DNA of 64,000 bases from Trueperaceae bacterium (GTDB lineage Bacteria > Deinococcota > Deinococci > Deinococcales > Trueperaceae). Numbering within the stretch: the first letter of the stretch is position 1; the number at the start of each line of letters is the position of its first letter. The notes below the pieces were generated by a model. The model had not been told where the DNA came from and did no database searches. It saw only the letters and a list, made by a program, of their open reading frames with translations. Shown here in pieces: positions 62,064 through 64,000 of this stretch. The stretch is from the NCBI GenBank assembly GCA_034520945.1, contig JAXHNB010000006.1, forward strand, positions 768,001 through 832,000, given 5' to 3'. A program made the position numbers and the translations under genes.

Positions 62064-63482
62064 ATGGCCACTGTGATCATCGACCCCGAACGCGTGGCGC
62101 GATCCAACGAAGCCCCCGTTCGCAGCGACGGAGCGTACGTCCTGTATTGGGTGGAGCGCGCGCAGCGAGCGGAGGACAACCCGGCGTTGGAACACGCGAT
62201 CCGGACCGCCAACGCCCTGGGCCTGCCGGTCCTCGTGACCGTGGCGCTGAGCCACGCGGAACCGGACCTGAACCCACGCCACGCGGCGTACATGGTGGCG
62301 GGCCTGGCCGACGTGGCCACCGGTCTCAGGAGGCGGGGCGTGGCGTTCGCGCCGCGTTTCGGCGATCCGCCCGACGTGGTCCTAAGGTTGGCGCGCGACG
62401 CCGCCATGGTGGTGTGCGATCGGGGGTACCTCCGGCACCAGCGTGCCTGGTGCCGCCGTGTGGCGGCCGCGTCGCCGGTGCGGGTGGAGCGCGTCGAAGC
62501 GGACGTCGTCGTTCCTGCCGATGCGGCCGACGACGGGCGCGCGTACGCCGCCCGTACGTTTCGCCCCAAGATTTGGCGGCAGGTGCCGCGGTTTCTGCAC
62601 GAACTGGCGCCCACCCCGGCGGCGCGGCGCGAGCCGGATCTGACGCTCGAGGATCCGCACGCCTCGTTCGATCCGCGCGACGTCGCCGGCACGCTGGCGC
62701 GGTGGGGCGTCCAAGGCCCCGTGCCCCCCGTCCGGGACGCCCAATCCGGCACCAAGGCGGCCAAGCGGGCCCTGCGTCATTTCGTCCGCGAGCGCTTGGC
62801 TCGCTACGCCGAAGACCGCAACCAGCCCTCTCGTGAGGGCCCGTCGGGGTTGTCGGCCGCGCTGCGGTACGGGCACGTGTCGCCGGTCACGGTGGCCCTG
62901 TGGGCCCGCGAGGCTGCGCCTGAGGGCGCGACGTTGGAGGCGTTCCTGGAGCAGCTGATCACCCGGCGGGAACTGGCCGTGAACTTCGTGCTCCACGCGG
63001 AGGACGACTACGACCGGTACGCGTCCCTTCCACGATGGGCACGCGCGACGTTGGACGCGCATCGGGGCGATGCGCGCCCCGCATTGCCGGACGACGTTGC
63101 CTTGGAGAATGCCGAAACGGACGACCCGTACTGGAATGCCGCCATGAGCGAGATGCGCGCCACGGGTTACATGCACGGGCATATGCGGATGTACTGGGGC
63201 AAGCGGATCCTGGCGTGGAGCCGGACGCCCGAGGAGGGCTTCGCCCGCACCCTGGCGCTGAACGACCGCTGGTTCCTCGACGGTCGTGACCCGAACGGGG
63301 TCGCCAATGTGGCGTGGTGCTACGGGCTGCACGATCGACCGTGGCCCGAGCGGCCGATCTTCGGCACGGTCCGAACCATGACGCCTGCGGGCCTGCGCCG
63401 CAAGACCGATCCCGAGGCGTACCTTCGCAAGGTCGCGCGCCTGGCCGGGGGCGACGACGCGGGGACGGGGCCCTGGACGTAG
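62064..63482 (+). CDS. phr: Class II CPD (deoxyribodipyrimidine) photolyase
   Basis: VLYW...QRAEDNPAL, RRELAVNF, GYMHGHMRMYWGK, LDGRDPNG and HDRPWPERPIFG. Confidence 0.92.
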   Translation: MATVIIDPERVARSNEAPVRSDGAYVLYWVERAQRAEDNPALEHAIRTANALGLPVLVTVALSHAEPDLNPRHAAYMVAGLADVATGLRRRGVAFAPRFGDPPDVVLRLARDAAMVVCDRGYLRHQRAWCRRVAAASPVRVERVEADVVVPADAADDGRAYAARTFRPKIWRQVPRFLHELAPTPAARREPDLTLEDPHASFDPRDVAGTLARWGVQGPVPPVRDAQSGTKAAKRALRHFVRERLARYAEDRNQPSREGPSGLSAALRYGHVSPVTVALWAREAAPEGATLEAFLEQLITRRELAVNFVLHAEDDYDRYASLPRWARATLDAHRGDARPALPDDVALENAETDDPYWNAAMSEMRATGYMHGHMRMYWGKRILAWSRTPEEGFARTLALNDRWFLDGRDPNGVANVAWCYGLHDRPWPERPIFGTVRTMTPAGLRRKTDPEAYLRKVARLAGGDDAGTGPWT

Positions 63483-63514
63483 CCGCGGGCCAGGGAAGGG
63501 TAGACTTTGCGGCC

Positions 63515-63880
63515 ATGAAGCGGTTCACCGTTCGCGGGGCCAACCAGGGGTTCACCTGCGTCGAATGCGGCGCGGGGGTGCGGCCGTTGGCCAACGGCTC
63601 GGTGCGCAACCACTGCCCGCACTGTCTCCATTCGCTGCACGTCGACGTAGGTCCCGGCGATCGCGGCAGCGACTGCGGTGGCGTGCTGGAACCGATCGGG
63701 GTCGAACCGGGTGGCAAGGGCGACTGGACCCTGGTGCATCGCTGCCGCCGGTGCGGCGCGGTCCGGCGCAACCGTGCCGCTCTGGACGACCCACAGCAAC
63801 CGGACGACTACGAACGGATCGTGCAGCTGACCACCCAGGTGGCGACGCCGGGCCGCACGGTCGGACGCAGATCGCAGTGA
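63515..63880 (+). CDS. RNHCP domain protein
   Basis: CxxC...RNHCPHCLHSLHVD...PGDR...HRCRRC. Confidence 0.92.
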   Translation: MKRFTVRGANQGFTCVECGAGVRPLANGSVRNHCPHCLHSLHVDVGPGDRGSDCGGVLEPIGVEPGGKGDWTLVHRCRRCGAVRRNRAALDDPQQPDDYERIVQLTTQVATPGRTVGRRSQ

Positions 63881-64000
63881 GTCCCACCGCCCCCAGGCCG
63901 GCCAGCGAGGTGGATCCGAGCTTCGATCCCCTGCGCGACCGCGTGTTCGTGAACGGGCACGTGGTCACCCTGGACGAGGAACGCCCGACGGCCTCGGCGC
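63877..64000 (+). CDS. Probable amidohydrolase (YtcJ-like), 3'-truncated by the window edge
   Basis: GTG overlaps the upstream stop; DRVFVNGHVVTLDEERPTASA resembles amidohydrolase N-termini. Confidence 0.55.
   Translation, partial: MSPTAPRPASEVDPSFDPLRDRVFVNGHVVTLDEERPTASA

Noticed and set aside
59822..62764. 1309-aa ORF (58835..62764)
   Set aside because: The N-terminal ~980 aa are an off-frame read of the ABC-F gene and antisense to phr. Only the last ~328 codons look like a real protein.

Overview
High-GC (~70%) bacterial chromosome segment, most likely Deinococcota (Truepera-like). This is inferred from gene content and from many start codons sitting directly behind a TAnnnT -10 box. 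Most of the window is housekeeping: argB, pepP-like peptidase, tpiA, lon, argS, alr, recJ, mnmA, lemA/htpX, rpsA, a peptide ABC transporter, rluD, plsX, an lptFG/lptD-like cluster, trmB, pgeF, mazG, trxB, oligopeptidase A, an ABC-F ATPase and a class II photolyase. The exception is a lower-GC island (~24.15-28.55 kb) between rpsA and the peptide ABC operon. It holds a TPR-only protein, an unannotated 33-aa signal-peptide-like ORF (MKNTGKRIFTVAALFALVNLPLLVLA-GVHVSQR) and an 837-aa degenerate-STAND/TPR/wHTH-BTAD activator, with a LuxR-HTH regulator next to it. It also holds two predicted structured RNAs with complementary loops. One is a ~100-nt minus-strand sRNA with three C-rich anti-SD motifs behind a TGTAAG-N5-TGTAAG promoter box. 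The other is a ~220-nt plus-strand RNA with three UGGGAG-looped hairpins, upstream of the peptide ORF. Together these suggest an undescribed peptide-signalling circuit coupled to an sRNA/sponge pair. Two genes are frameshifted. No tRNA, rRNA, CRISPR array or transposase was seen.
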